This document shows positions 1-9,981 of a stretch of DNA of 64,000 bases, one piece after another. The notes under the pieces are model-generated. The model searched no databases. It saw nothing but the letters and a program-made list of their open reading frames with translations, and was not told the DNA's origin. Numbering within the stretch: the stretch's first letter is position 1; every line of letters starts with the position of its first letter. Source of the DNA: Acidilobaceae archaeon (GTDB lineage: Archaea; Thermoproteota; Thermoprotei_A; Sulfolobales; Acidilobaceae); NCBI GenBank assembly GCA_038897215.1, contig JAWAWX010000001.1:256001-320000 (forward strand). Reading direction: 5' to 3'. The position numbers were made by a program, and so were the translations under genes.

Positions 1-276
1 GAGAGGAGGCTTTTCGGAGCAGTGGTATCCTTCAAGCTGAGAGGCTCGCATAGCGACGCGGTAGAGTTCCTCAGAAGACTCAGGATCATCAAAAGAGCTC
101 CCAGCTTCGGGGGCACGGAGTCTCTAGCAGTGCTCCCAGCCAAGTCGGCCTCTAGATTCATAGACGCTGAGTCCCGCTCTAAGCTGGGGATAACGGAGAA
201 CCTAGTCAGGCTCTCAGTGGGTCTCGAGGACCCACAAGACTTGATAGAGGACTTGTCTAGAGCTCTCGAGACATGA
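1..276 (+). CDS. Cystathionine gamma-synthase/lyase family PLP enzyme, C-terminal part (5' truncated)
   Basis: APSFGGTESL and LVRLSVGLEDPQDLIEDL are C-terminal motifs of Cys/Met metabolism PLP enzymes. Confidence 0.9.
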   Translation, partial: ERRLFGAVVSFKLRGSHSDAVEFLRRLRIIKRAPSFGGTESLAVLPAKSASRFIDAESRSKLGITENLVRLSVGLEDPQDLIEDLSRALET

Positions 277-779
277 GGATGCGGGTCTTGGAGTGTAGAG
301 TATACGCTGTGATAGTAGCGTACGCTAGTAGCTCGAAGCCTCTGCCAACGTTCATCAGAAAGCTGTCAGAGGCTGGAGCTAGAGTAGTCGGGCTTAACGA
401 GGAGCTCAGGAGAGTCGTAGCCATGGCTCCGGCTGAGTCAGCGAGCGCTACTAGCAGAGTCTGCGAGGAGTTCGCTACGAGCAGTAGCTGGACGGTTAAA
501 GCTGTCTGCAGCGGTGTGGATGTAGCTTGTGTGAGAGAGAGGCTGCTCAAGACCCTGAAGGCTAGAGCCTGGAGTAGAGTCTACTACCTAACACTACCCG
601 GCTCTATGGTAGCTCAGGTAGAGGTTAAGAGTGAGAGAGTAGTCGTCAAGCTGGGGAGAGGGTCTCTAGTGCTGCCTCCCCCGCCATCTCTATTCACTCT
701 ATCCTATGCCGAGTCCGAGAAGCTCTTGAGTAGAGCGGAGGACGTCTTGAAGCTCGTGGTGAACAACTGCTCTCTCTAG
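273..779 (+). CDS. Hypothetical protein
   Basis: ATGA overlap with upstream stop; host-like codon usage. Confidence 0.6.
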   Translation: MRMRVLECRVYAVIVAYASSSKPLPTFIRKLSEAGARVVGLNEELRRVVAMAPAESASATSRVCEEFATSSSWTVKAVCSGVDVACVRERLLKTLKARAWSRVYYLTLPGSMVAQVEVKSERVVVKLGRGSLVLPPPPSLFTLSYAESEKLLSRAEDVLKLVVNNCSL

Positions 780-3700
780 CTGCTCGTCTTCGCTACAATC
801 GCTGAAACGCTTGTCACACTGAGAGGCAGAGACAATAGGCTTCTCAGAGTGTTCTCTAGGAGCTCTACAGGGCTCAGCTCTCCTCTCTCCACTAAGTCTA
901 GTTGTTCTTCGAGAGTTCTAGTGTAATCCTCGCTAGCGGCCTCGGGGAACACTTCAGCTACTCTGCTGTAAACCTCTACGCCTAGCCTCGTGGGCACCAA
1001 GACTCTAGCTCTCCTAGTCTCGACTAGGTAGCCGTGCCTCTTGTTAGCCTCGATAGCCTTATGGTAGGTGCTCGGCCTCCCTATCCCCTTTTCTCTCATC
1101 ATCTTAACCACGTCTCCGCTAGTGAGGAGGCTTACAAGACTCCCTCTGTAGACTCTAGCGGATACAGCCTCGACCACGGAGCCCGGCTCGACTCTGCTCA
1201 GCCACTTCTCCACTCTTGCTTCCAGCATTTTCAAGAACCCCTCTTTCTCGACCGACGCTATGCCCTCCACGACGCAAGCCGAGCCAGCAGCTCTGAGAAC
1301 GACTCGGGCTTTCGTGACCTCGGCTTCAGCCATCTGGCTCGCTATGAATCTCCTGAAGATCATGTCGTAGAGAGCTCTGTGAGCCCAGGTGAGCTTTATC
1401 GAGACTCTGAGAGAGCCGTCGAGGATCGCTTTCTCCAACTCGTCAGCATCCAGAGGTCTCGTGGGCCTTATCGCCTCATGGGCTCCCTCGCTACTCCAAG
1501 CTCTAGGCTTGTAGAGGTCTCCTAGGCCTCTCCTAGCCAGATACTCTCTAGCTACAGCCATGCCGTTGCTCGAGACTCTCGTGGAGTCCGTTCTGTGATA
1601 GGTTATCAGCCCCGCTTCGAATAGGTCTTGGGCTATCCTCATCGCCTGCTCAGCGCTAAGCTTCAGCACTCTCGAGGCATCAGCTAGGAGAGAGTCCGTG
1701 GTGTAGGGCGGCGGGGGGGCTAGCGTAGCGCGTTCTCTCGATGCCTCTACTACCTCGAGGCTCTTCGATGACGCGAGCTCCTCGGCAGAGCTCCGAGTCG
1801 GGGTGTAGACGCATACTCTCGAGCCCTCTCCTAGCTCGAAGCACACTCTGTAGCCTCTCGTCTTCTTCCACTCGCTGTACCTCGCTATGACCCAGCCCAA
1901 GACGGGAGTCTGGACTCTGCCTGCTCCAAGCCAGCTCTTAGCGTACTCTGTCTTCAGGTAGAGGCTTAGATGGAAGCCGAGCCAGCGGTCCACTACTCTC
2001 CTAGCGATCTGAGAGTAGACTAGCTTCTCGTCCACAGAGCTCAGGCTTCTTAGAGCCTCGAGGACAGCGCTCCTGGTCACCTCGTAGAACCTGGCTCTGT
2101 AGACTCTACCATTGTAGGGAGCCACGGCTAGAGCCACGTCCCACGCTATCTTCTCCCCCTCTCTATCCGGGTCCGTCGCTACTACAACGTAGTCCGAGTA
2201 GATCGAGAGTCTTCTGAGAGCCTCCACGACGCTCATAGAGTCTCTGACACTCCTCGAGCCGCACCTCGGGCATGCCTGACTCTCGACGAAGCTGGCTCCG
2301 CATTCTCTACACCTCTTTATCGTAGAGTAGACTGGGCTCACGCGGTCTCCGCTAAGCCTAACGCCGTAGACGCTAGCGGGGTCTCCATCGCTCTCCACTA
2401 GGTCGAAGATGTGGCCTCTCGTGGCGACGACTGTGAGCAGGTATACTCTCCCAGTCTCCGGGTCGAAGGCTGCTGTCTCGTAGGCCACCACGTCGCCGAG
2501 CCTCCTCCTAGCAGGCTTCCCCCAGAACCACGCTATCGTCTTAGCCTTAGTGGGGGACTCTACGACTAGCAGAACGCTGTCCACTCTAACCTCGGCCTCG
2601 CTCGCAGAGCTCTCAGCCGACCTCGACTCTTCTATCCGCCTCGCTGCCTCGCTCAAGTCTATGGAGTCTAGAGGCTTGAAGTCTATCCTAGCGACCCAGG
2701 AGGCTTTGGCTTCGAGAGCTCTCACCAGCTCCTCCTCCGGCTCTACTACAATGCTGAGACCGAAGGTCATCCTCCCCCCGAGCATTCTGCTCGCTCTACC
2801 GCTAGCCTGTATGTAGGTGAGAGCGTCTGGCACGTATGCGTAGACAGCGCCGTCTTCGAGAGAGTATACCGTGGACCCTACTCTAACCACTCTAGACCTC
2901 GCTGTAGCCGAGGAGAGCCAGGATAGAGCCTTGGAGAGAGCTCTCTCAAACCTCTCCGCTAGAGCCGCCAGAACCCCGCTCCCTGAGCTGGCTTTCTTGA
3001 GAGCGAGCTGGACTAGAGACGGGTCGTCTACCTTATCGAGGACTTCTCTCAGCTCTCTAGCCAGACCGAGAGCCTCCTCGTCTCCGCTCTCAGCTATGTG
3101 TATGAGGAGCCTGAGGAGCCTGGAGGGGCTCAGCAGAGCCTTAGCCGCTTCTACTCTCCTAGCCGGGGCTCTCGCGAAGACAGTATAGCGTACTCTCCTA
3201 GGGGCATCGAGCCCCCTGACCGCTACCCCGTATCTGCTCGCTATCGTGACTAGAACGTCTACCTCGCCTTTCTCTAGCTTGATGATGCTCCTCCAGGACC
3301 CCGCTAGAGCCTTCTCCGCTCTGAACCCCCTCTTCTTCAGCTCTTCTGCTATTAACCCCACGTACTCTCTGCCGAGAGCCTGGCTCACGAACACTATGCA
3401 GCCTCCTCCGAGAGCCTCTACTACTCTCGCTACCGAGCCCACTATGTCCCCGCTCACCACCACAGTGTCCTCCACGTTTCTCAGGTAGTCCGATGAGCCT
3501 CCTGCCTCGAAGCCCAGGACCTCCCTGACGACCAGGTGCTTGATGCCGCGAGGCCTCCCGGTAGCGGAGGCCACGACCAGCTGCCCTACTCTAGCGCTTG
3601 AGAGAGCTCTCCTCAGCGAGCTCTCTAGCTCCAGCACTTCTACCTCGAGCTCTCTCGTCTCTCTACCCGAGCGGAGCGCGGTGAGTAGCCTCCGCTTAGC

Positions 3701-4423
3701 TCTAACGAGCCTCCCAGCTGTCTCCACGGCCTCCCGGGGGACTCCGAGTAGCTCTAGTAGCCTCTCGACGTTACCGCTGTCTCTGAGAAGGCTGTCCACG
3801 TCGTCGACTACAGCTAAGTCGAAGGGAGCTAGTGCTGAGAGCTCTCCGAATCTCTTCCTCAGGAACGCTGGAGTCGCTACGAGCACTCCGAAGTCTCCGG
3901 AGGCTATCCTAGCTAGAGCCTCCTCTCTAGCTCTCTTGCTCATGCTAGAGTAGTAGGCTACAGCTCTATCGGTCAGCCTAGAGAGCCTCTCGTAGACCTG
4001 CCTGACCAGATTCTCGGTCGGGGCTAGGTAGAGAACCCTCCACCCATCCCTCTCGACTCTGTAGCAGGAGTAGAGCTGGAGTAGCGTAGTCTTCCCGACG
4101 CCCGTGGGAGCCACTATAGCGAAGCTCTCCCCGCCGAGGAGCCTCCTAGCCCAGCTCTTCTGAGCACTCCAGAGCTCTAGCCCGAGCTTTCTCCTAGCGT
4201 AATCCGAGAACTCTCTGTAAGCCTTGTCGGACTCGTGGACCCAGAGGTAGCCAGCCAGCCTCCCGGTTGTAGCAAGCTTCTCCACGACTGCCTCCCTATC
4301 GGTGGAGGCATCGCTCGAAGCAAGGCAGTTCTCGCAAGGCAGCCCTCTAGCGAGCCTCTCGCTATCGATCTCTCCTCCGCAGTTAGGGCAGAGCCCCTTG
4401 AAGACTGCTCTCAGCTCTGCCAC
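776..4423 (-). CDS. rgy: Reverse gyrase
   Basis: N-terminal CPNC Zn finger, APTGVGKTT, DDVD, VESPTKAKTI, DPDREGE, ITYHRTDS, GIGRPSTY; 1215 aa. Confidence 0.98.
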   Translation of the reverse strand: MAELRAVFKGLCPNCGGEIDSERLARGLPCENCLASSDASTDREAVVEKLATTGRLAGYLWVHESDKAYREFSDYARRKLGLELWSAQKSWARRLLGGESFAIVAPTGVGKTTLLQLYSCYRVERDGWRVLYLAPTENLVRQVYERLSRLTDRAVAYYSSMSKRAREEALARIASGDFGVLVATPAFLRKRFGELSALAPFDLAVVDDVDSLLRDSGNVERLLELLGVPREAVETAGRLVRAKRRLLTALRSGRETRELEVEVLELESSLRRALSSARVGQLVVASATGRPRGIKHLVVREVLGFEAGGSSDYLRNVEDTVVVSGDIVGSVARVVEALGGGCIVFVSQALGREYVGLIAEELKKRGFRAEKALAGSWRSIIKLEKGEVDVLVTIASRYGVAVRGLDAPRRVRYTVFARAPARRVEAAKALLSPSRLLRLLIHIAESGDEEALGLARELREVLDKVDDPSLVQLALKKASSGSGVLAALAERFERALSKALSWLSSATARSRVVRVGSTVYSLEDGAVYAYVPDALTYIQASGRASRMLGGRMTFGLSIVVEPEEELVRALEAKASWVARIDFKPLDSIDLSEAARRIEESRSAESSASEAEVRVDSVLLVVESPTKAKTIAWFWGKPARRRLGDVVAYETAAFDPETGRVYLLTVVATRGHIFDLVESDGDPASVYGVRLSGDRVSPVYSTIKRCRECGASFVESQACPRCGSRSVRDSMSVVEALRRLSIYSDYVVVATDPDREGEKIAWDVALAVAPYNGRVYRARFYEVTRSAVLEALRSLSSVDEKLVYSQIARRVVDRWLGFHLSLYLKTEYAKSWLGAGRVQTPVLGWVIARYSEWKKTRGYRVCFELGEGSRVCVYTPTRSSAEELASSKSLEVVEASRERATLAPPPPYTTDSLLADASRVLKLSAEQAMRIAQDLFEAGLITYHRTDSTRVSSNGMAVAREYLARRGLGDLYKPRAWSSEGAHEAIRPTRPLDADELEKAILDGSLRVSIKLTWAHRALYDMIFRRFIASQMAEAEVTKARVVLRAAGSACVVEGIASVEKEGFLKMLEARVEKWLSRVEPGSVVEAVSARVYRGSLVSLLTSGDVVKMMREKGIGRPSTYHKAIEANKRHGYLVETRRARVLVPTRLGVEVYSRVAEVFPEAASEDYTRTLEEQLDLVERGELSPVELLENTLRSLLSLPLSVTSVSAIVAKTSS

Positions 4424-4550
4424 GACTCTAGTGCCCTCGAAGAGCTTGACTAGACCGGGATTGAGTATGGTGATGCTTAGTCACACCAGCGTCTTACACT
4501 ATTTCTAGCATATAGGCTCGCCTTCGCTTAGCACTGCTGGGGGCTTCGCC

Positions 4551-5240
4551 ATGACTGATCGCCGCATAACAGACTCTATCAGCTGCAGCGAGGTCTACGA
4601 GGTGCTCTCGAAGAGCCTGGAGGTGAACCCAGAGGACTACACTGTCCTCGTAGCTCTAGCTGTAGGCGGGGGGTCTCCTTTCTCTGTCCTAGTGGGAGCA
4701 GTCTTGAGCCAGAATACTAGCGACAAGAACTCGATCAGAGCGCTGAAGAGTCTAGCGGAGAGAGTAGGGCTCTCCCCCGAGAAGATCCTGGAGGCCGGCT
4801 TGAGCGAGGTAGAGGAGGCGATCAAGACAGCGGGGCTCTGGAAGAGCAAGGCTAGAGCTATAGTTGAGCTAGCTAGACTGGTTTTGAGTAGAGGAGGAGA
4901 AGAGTACCTCCTCAGAGAAGACCCGCTAGTGTTGAGAGAAGAGCTTCTACGAGTGAGAGGAGTAGGCCCAAAGACCGTAGACGTCTTCCTCTCTGTAGCT
5001 CGCAGAGCTCCAGTGTTCCCAGTAGACACTCACGCCGCGCGCGTAGCTCTAAGGTGGGGTCTCGCTTCGAGTAGGAGGTACAGCGAGGTGTCTAGAGCTC
5101 TCCTCGAGTGCTTTGGCGCTGAGAGGAGCGAGGAAGCACACAGGCTAGTCATAGCTCTGGGGAGAGCGTACTGTAGAGCTAGGAGGCCTAGGTGTAAAGA
5201 GTGCCCTCTGAGAGCACACTGCCCCAGCTCAGAGGCCTAG
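4551..5240 (+). CDS. nth: Endonuclease III (HhH-GPD glycosylase/AP lyase, 4Fe-4S)
   Basis: LSQNTSD, GVGPKT, FPVDTH, C-x6-C-x2-C-x5-C. Confidence 0.92.
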   Translation: MTDRRITDSISCSEVYEVLSKSLEVNPEDYTVLVALAVGGGSPFSVLVGAVLSQNTSDKNSIRALKSLAERVGLSPEKILEAGLSEVEEAIKTAGLWKSKARAIVELARLVLSRGGEEYLLREDPLVLREELLRVRGVGPKTVDVFLSVARRAPVFPVDTHAARVALRWGLASSRRYSEVSRALLECFGAERSEEAHRLVIALGRAYCRARRPRCKECPLRAHCPSSEA

Positions 5241-5725
5241 CTGTCTCGAAGCCGGGTAGGGAGGCGTGGCTGTATGAGGAGCTCTACGATGCTCTAGTAG
5301 CGGCGAGTCTCTCCTCGAGAGTAGAGTCTACGAGATTCAAGGGAGTCTTCTTGATCTACTCCGATGCATCTCCTAGAGAGATAGCTGAGTCGATAGCAGA
5401 GTACAAGACTCACACAGCTACCAGAGTCCTGCTGGCATCCATGACTCTAGCTAGACCTCGAAGAGAAGAGCTTGAGAGAGCTGTGAGAGAGCTCCTCGAA
5501 GCCTCTAGAGTAGCGAGAGTAAGACTCATACTCAAACCAAGAGGGCTGGGAGAGGGGCTTGTCTCCGAGAGAGATATCGCTAGCATGCTCGAGCTCCTAG
5601 GGGCTCGAGTAGACCCCGGCTCTAGAGCAGTTCTAGCCGTCGAGTCCGTGGACGACCTCTTCCTAATCACGCTAGGTACTACGCGGTCATGCGGCTTCAA
5701 GTGCATTCTAGTGTCTCCGAGCTAG
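5201..5725 (+). CDS. THUMP-like RNA-binding protein (start uncertain)
   Basis: SKPGRE N-terminus, FKGVFLIYS and KPRG...ERDIA resemble crenarchaeal THUMP proteins; sits between nth and cdc6. Confidence 0.5.
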   Translation: MPSESTLPQLRGLAVSKPGREAWLYEELYDALVAASLSSRVESTRFKGVFLIYSDASPREIAESIAEYKTHTATRVLLASMTLARPRREELERAVRELLEASRVARVRLILKPRGLGEGLVSERDIASMLELLGARVDPGSRAVLAVESVDDLFLITLGTTRSCGFKCILVSPS

Positions 5726-5782
5726 GAGCACGCTTTTTTAGTTTCGATCCACTCTAGAACCCGGTACTCTAGGTGAGCGTCT

Positions 5783-7027
5783 GTGAGCAGGATCTTCAGA
5801 GACAGGTTTGTATTCGAGGAGTCCTACAAGCCCTCTAAGCTAGTTGTTAGGAGCGCTGAGGCAGAGCTCTTGATCAGAAGGTATCTCTCGAAGCTCTCCG
5901 AGGCTCCCGGCTTCTCCGACGTGAGCTTAATCTATGGTAGCATAGGGAGAGTGGGCATAGGGAAGACTACTCTAGCCTGGTATGTGGGCAGGAGAGTAGA
6001 GGAGCTCTCTAGGCAGAGAGGGGTTAACGCTAAGTTCGTCTACGTCAACGCTTTCGGAGCTCCAGCATTGCACCAGATACTCCAAGTCATGGTGGACCAG
6101 CTGGGGCTAGCTGTCAGCGTCAGGGGGAGCTCAGCAGTAGAGGTCTTGAAGGCTATAGTTGACCACCTCTACCTCAGAGACAGAGTTCTACTCGTAGCGA
6201 TCGACGAGTTCCAGAGTCTTCTCCTAAGCCCGAGGATGACTGAAGACGACCTCTACCTCCTCATGAGAGTCTACGAGGAGATCCCGAGTAGAGACGGGCT
6301 CAGCAGGATAGCCTACCTCCTCGTAGCCTCAGACCATAGAGTCTTATCGTATCTGAGAGAGAGGATCCCCCAGGTCGAGAGCCAGATAGGCTTCAGGATG
6401 CACTTGAGACCCTACACATCGCAAGAGCTGAAGGCTATACTCTTGCAGAGAGCCGAGGAGGGCCTCCAGCCCGGAGCTTGGGAGGAGTACCATCTAGACT
6501 TGATCAGCGAGTACTTCGGAGACGACAGGGGAGGAGATGGTAGCGCTAGGAGAGCCATAATGGCGCTGAGGATGGCGGCTGAGCTAGCTGAAGCCGAGGA
6601 GTCTCCAGCCATAACCGAGGCTCACGTGAGGAGAGCTCTCTCCGAGCAGGCTCTCTCAACACTATCGATCTCAGAGCTTAGAGGACTCAGCACTCACGAG
6701 CTCCTAGTTCTCTACTCCGTGGCGAGAGCCACGGCGGCGAAGGGAGGCTGGTCTACGACAGGAGAGGTCAAGAAGCTCTACGAGGACACCTGTCAGAGAT
6801 ACGGGGAGACCCCCCGGGGTCACACTCAGTTCCACACCTACCTGAAGAGCTTGAGCGTAGCTGGGCTCATAGAGGTCAGGCTCTCGAGTAAGGGGATGAG
6901 GGGCAGGACTTCTCTGATAAGGCTAGCAGCACACCTGCCCCCCGATAGAGTCATGGAGACTCTCGACTCGATCCTCCTAGATAGGCTTGGTGAAGCCAGT
7001 GAGCTTAGAGGACGTGGTCTCGTCTAA
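5783..7027 (+). CDS. cdc6: Cdc6/Orc1 replication initiator (A. pernix ORC2-like)
   Basis: IYGSIGRVGIGKTT Walker A, IDEFQ Walker B, GDGSARRA, C-terminal wHTH GMRGRT; closely recalls Aeropyrum ORC2. Confidence 0.97.
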   Translation: MSRIFRDRFVFEESYKPSKLVVRSAEAELLIRRYLSKLSEAPGFSDVSLIYGSIGRVGIGKTTLAWYVGRRVEELSRQRGVNAKFVYVNAFGAPALHQILQVMVDQLGLAVSVRGSSAVEVLKAIVDHLYLRDRVLLVAIDEFQSLLLSPRMTEDDLYLLMRVYEEIPSRDGLSRIAYLLVASDHRVLSYLRERIPQVESQIGFRMHLRPYTSQELKAILLQRAEEGLQPGAWEEYHLDLISEYFGDDRGGDGSARRAIMALRMAAELAEAEESPAITEAHVRRALSEQALSTLSISELRGLSTHELLVLYSVARATAAKGGWSTTGEVKKLYEDTCQRYGETPRGHTQFHTYLKSLSVAGLIEVRLSSKGMRGRTSLIRLAAHLPPDRVMETLDSILLDRLGEASELRGRGLV

Positions 7028-7262
7028 GGGCAAGCTCAAGATACTCAAGATACTCATGAAGAGAAGCCAGGCCAACATAACCAGGATAGTGAGAGAAACG
7101 GGGCTACGATACGAGCTAGCACTAAGGCACCTAGAGGAGCTCAAGAAGATGGGCTTAGTCGAGGAGAGGAGGTACGGGAGGCTCAGGATATTCGAGATAA
7201 ACCACAGAAACCCGAGAGTAGGGCTCCTCAAGGAGGTCATAGACATCCTGGAGAAGGTCTAG
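6987..7262 (+). CDS. ArsR-like winged-helix transcription regulator
   Basis: NITRIVRETGL...HLEELKKMGLVEE wHTH; overlaps the 3' end of cdc6. Confidence 0.85.
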   Translation: MVKPVSLEDVVSSKGKLKILKILMKRSQANITRIVRETGLRYELALRHLEELKKMGLVEERRYGRLRIFEINHRNPRVGLLKEVIDILEKV

Positions 7263-7265
7263 ACT

Positions 7266-7340
7266 TGGTGCCGCCGGGGGGATTCGAACCCCCGACCCCC
7301 CGGTCTTCAGCCGGGCGCTCTCCCGCTGAGCTACGGCGGC
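7266..7340 (-). tRNA. tRNA-Phe(GAA), intronless, CCA encoded
   Basis: Reverse complement GCCGCCG TA GCTC AGCGGGA GAGC G CCCGG CTGAAGA CCGGG GGGTC GGGGG TTCGAAT CCCCC CGGCGGC ACCA folds into a full cloverleaf. Confidence 0.98.
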
Positions 7341-7368
7341 TCCCGCTCCAGGTACTCGAGGCTCCGGG

Positions 7369-7378
7369 AATTTAAAAC
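7369..7378. promoter_or_regulatory. TATA box shared by the divergent tRNA-Phe and beta-CASP genes
   Basis: TTTAAA at 7371-7376, about 30 nt from the tRNA 5' end. Confidence 0.6.
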
Positions 7379-7416
7379 TCTTGTGAGCACGGCTAGAGCC
7401 CCCCGGGTGGGAGCGA

Positions 7417-8679
7417 GTGGCGTCTATTGAGGTGCTGGGGAGCGGGAGGGAGGTCGGTAGAGCGGCTATAGCTGTGTGGAGTAGGAGTGGGAGAGCTCTC
7501 CTCCTAGACTACGGGGTCAACTTCACTGAGAGAGACGAGCCAGTGTTCCCTGAGCACGTGAGGCCAGCCGACCTGGCTGGAGTCGTCCTAACTCACAGCC
7601 ACCTAGACCACGTTGGAGCAGCCCCCATGCTCTTCGTTAGCATCAAGCCCCGGCTTTTCGCCACGCGCCTCACTCTAGACGTCTCGAGGATCCTGTACAA
7701 CGATATGCTGAAGCTCTCTGGAGACAAGCTCACCTACGACTCAGCAGTTGTCGATGAGATGCTCTCGGTAGCAGAGCCTCTCAACTACAGAGAGGAGGTA
7801 GAGCTCGGAGACTTCCACTTCAAGCTCCTCTACTCGGGGCACATACCCGGCTCAGCCTCAGTCTACGTCGAGGTAGACGGGAGAAGAGTGCTCTACACTA
7901 GCGATATGAACGTGCTAGAGACCAAGCTCGTGGGCCCAGCCGACTTCACAGGCGTGGACCCCGAGGTTGTCATCATAGAGTCTACCTACGGGTCTACGCT
8001 ACACCCCCCAAGGAGGCTGGTCGAGGAGAGGCTCTACGAGACTGTCAGAGAGGTCGTCGAGAACGGGGGCGTCGTGCTCATCCCAGCGTTCAGCGTTAGC
8101 AGAGGCCAGGAGATAATGTGTGTTCTAGCCGAGAGAGACCCGGGGTTCCCAGTGTGGGTCGACGGGATGATAAGAGACGTGGCGGAGATATACTTGAGGC
8201 ACAAGGGCTACATCAGGCTAGAGGGTCTCATGATGAAGTCTATGGTGGAGTTCAACATAGTCAGAGGCTGGCAAGACAGGAAGAGAGCAATCAGAGAGCC
8301 GGGAGTCATAATAGCGAGCTCGGGCATGATGAAGGGAGGGCCTAGCCTACACTACCTCAAGAAGCTCGGAGAGAACCCGGATAACGCGATAGTCCTGGTC
8401 AGTTACCAGGGCAGAGGGACTCCCGGCAGGCAGATACTGGAGACAGGCTTCGCTCTCCCCGAGGAGATGCCGGTCAGAGCTAGAGTCTACTGGTTCGACT
8501 TCTCCAGCCACGTAGACCAGAGAGGCATCCTCGGAGTCCTCAAGTCCTTCAAGAGCTTGGAGAAAGTGATCCTAGTCCACGGAACCCCTCAGGCTCAAGA
8601 GGTCCTAGCTGGGAGAGTGGAGAGCGAGATAGGAGTCGAGGTCTACGCTCCAGCAGTCGGGGAGAAGCTCGAAGTCTAG
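7417..8679 (+). CDS. MBL-fold beta-CASP ribonuclease (aCPSF2-like)
   Basis: GSGREVGR, THSHLDHVG, GHIPGS, ESTYG, FSSH, LVHG. Confidence 0.93.
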   Translation: MASIEVLGSGREVGRAAIAVWSRSGRALLLDYGVNFTERDEPVFPEHVRPADLAGVVLTHSHLDHVGAAPMLFVSIKPRLFATRLTLDVSRILYNDMLKLSGDKLTYDSAVVDEMLSVAEPLNYREEVELGDFHFKLLYSGHIPGSASVYVEVDGRRVLYTSDMNVLETKLVGPADFTGVDPEVVIIESTYGSTLHPPRRLVEERLYETVREVVENGGVVLIPAFSVSRGQEIMCVLAERDPGFPVWVDGMIRDVAEIYLRHKGYIRLEGLMMKSMVEFNIVRGWQDRKRAIREPGVIIASSGMMKGGPSLHYLKKLGENPDNAIVLVSYQGRGTPGRQILETGFALPEEMPVRARVYWFDFSSHVDQRGILGVLKSFKSLEKVILVHGTPQAQEVLAGRVESEIGVEVYAPAVGEKLEV

Positions 8680-8918
8680 GTCTTGCTCTTCTCAGTCTTG
8701 TCTACGTCGATCACGTTCTTGCAGTGAAGCTGTTTGAGAACGTTGTCTAGCTCGCTCTCAGTAGTCTTGAACGTGTAGAGGTAGCGCTTAGTCCTAGCCT
8801 TTATCTTGACTACGCTAGTCTTCTTCACGCGCTTAATCCTACACTCTACAGCCCTCTTTGTTATCTCAGCGAACTCCGAGAGGTCTGTGACCTCTAAGGG
8901 CATCTCTATCGCCTTCAC
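8676..8918 (-). CDS. rpl38e: 50S ribosomal protein L38e
   Basis: KIKARTKRYLYTF signature; small basic protein. Confidence 0.85.
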   Translation of the reverse strand: MKAIEMPLEVTDLSEFAEITKRAVECRIKRVKKTSVVKIKARTKRYLYTFKTTESELDNVLKQLHCKNVIDVDKTEKSKT

Positions 8919-8939
8919 GTCTACCTCGATACTCGGCTT

Positions 8940-9590
8940 TTATACTTTGCTCGTAGCGCGGCCGAGAACCCGGGCTTTCGCGGAGCTCTCGAGCTCTCCG
9001 GCTATGTAGCTTAGCCACGGCTTGTAGCAGCGAGAGACCCAGATCTTGGCTATGTCTCTCGAGCTGGTTCTCGAGAGAGCTCTCGAGAGGCTCTTCACAG
9101 TCGGCTTCACCATAAGGACATCGTCGTCCTCCATGCACGCCAGCTTCTCAACCTTGCCGGCTAGACTCGGGCTCTTCTCCTCCAGAGACTCTATGGGGAT
9201 GAGCGTGTAGCCCAGGCTATCGAACATCCTCATGCTACTCTTGTTCCAGAAAGCCGTCGACGCCACGAACACCTCAGCTCCGTCGCTTTCGAGAAGCTCC
9301 TCTAGAGAGAGGACGAGAGTCTTCCCTACACCGGAGCCTCTGTAAGCCTCCTCAACGTACACGTAGTACACAACCCCTACTCTGAAAGCCGTGAAGCCGA
9401 TAGCCGCTCCTACCGGAGTCTCGCCTGATACAGCTAGCAGAGCTCTAGCTCCGTGAGCCAAGCTACTCTCAACGAATCTATAGTGGTACTCTCCGAAGCC
9501 TCTAGCCAAGAGCCGTAGCGCGAGCCTAGGCTCCTCGACTACGACTAGCCTAGGGCTACTATCGTCTTCAGAGTCCGAAGACTCCTCCAC
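8940..9590 (-). CDS. GNAT N-acetyltransferase
   Basis: YVYVEEAYRGSGVGKTL motif A; N...MFDSLGY. Confidence 0.88.
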   Translation of the reverse strand: MEESSDSEDDSSPRLVVVEEPRLALRLLARGFGEYHYRFVESSLAHGARALLAVSGETPVGAAIGFTAFRVGVVYYVYVEEAYRGSGVGKTLVLSLEELLESDGAEVFVASTAFWNKSSMRMFDSLGYTLIPIESLEEKSPSLAGKVEKLACMEDDDVLMVKPTVKSLSRALSRTSSRDIAKIWVSRCYKPWLSYIAGELESSAKARVLGRATSKV

Positions 9591-9663
9591 AGTCTCAGCC
9601 TACACCATTTCTAGAGGAGTAGGATGGCAGAGCCTAATAAAGCAAGCTGTGGATAGCCGTGGC

Positions 9664-9912
9664 TCAGCTCTTCTCCAGGTACTTCTTGGCTATAGTCTTC
9701 CACATCGAGGGGTCTACGTCCATCACCCAGGCTGGCACTTTCTTCACGAACTCGTATGCCTCCTCCCAGCTGTCTAGACCTAGGGCTGCTGCTAGCTCCT
9801 CTAGAGTCATCCTCGTTCTCTTGTACCTTCTGAGTATCTCGACTACCTTCTCGTCTATCTCTATCACCTTGTCTCCAACAGCTACCACGAGACCCCCCTT
9901 CTCCTCACTCAA
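9664..9912 (-). CDS. Small HTH-like hypothetical protein
   Basis: MTLEELAAALGLDSWEEAYEFVK; good codon usage; divergent from HMGR. Confidence 0.7.
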   Translation of the reverse strand: MSEEKGGLVVAVGDKVIEIDEKVVEILRRYKRTRMTLEELAAALGLDSWEEAYEFVKKVPAWVMDVDPSMWKTIAKKYLEKS

Positions 9913-9981
9913 GGTCTCAGCCTCTCTCCGGGAAGCCTAGACCTCAGCCTTTAAGCTTCCCGCTCACTGAGCGAGAGCCCG

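Noticed and set aside
5726-5782. Replication origin next to cdc6
   Set aside because: Only 57 bp, with no ORB repeats or AT-rich unwinding element visible
6987-7262. WhiP initiator
   Set aside because: 91 aa with a single wHTH; too short, and fits an ArsR-like regulator
7266-7340. Integrated element at tRNA-Phe
   Set aside because: No integrase and no duplicated tRNA fragment seen in the window
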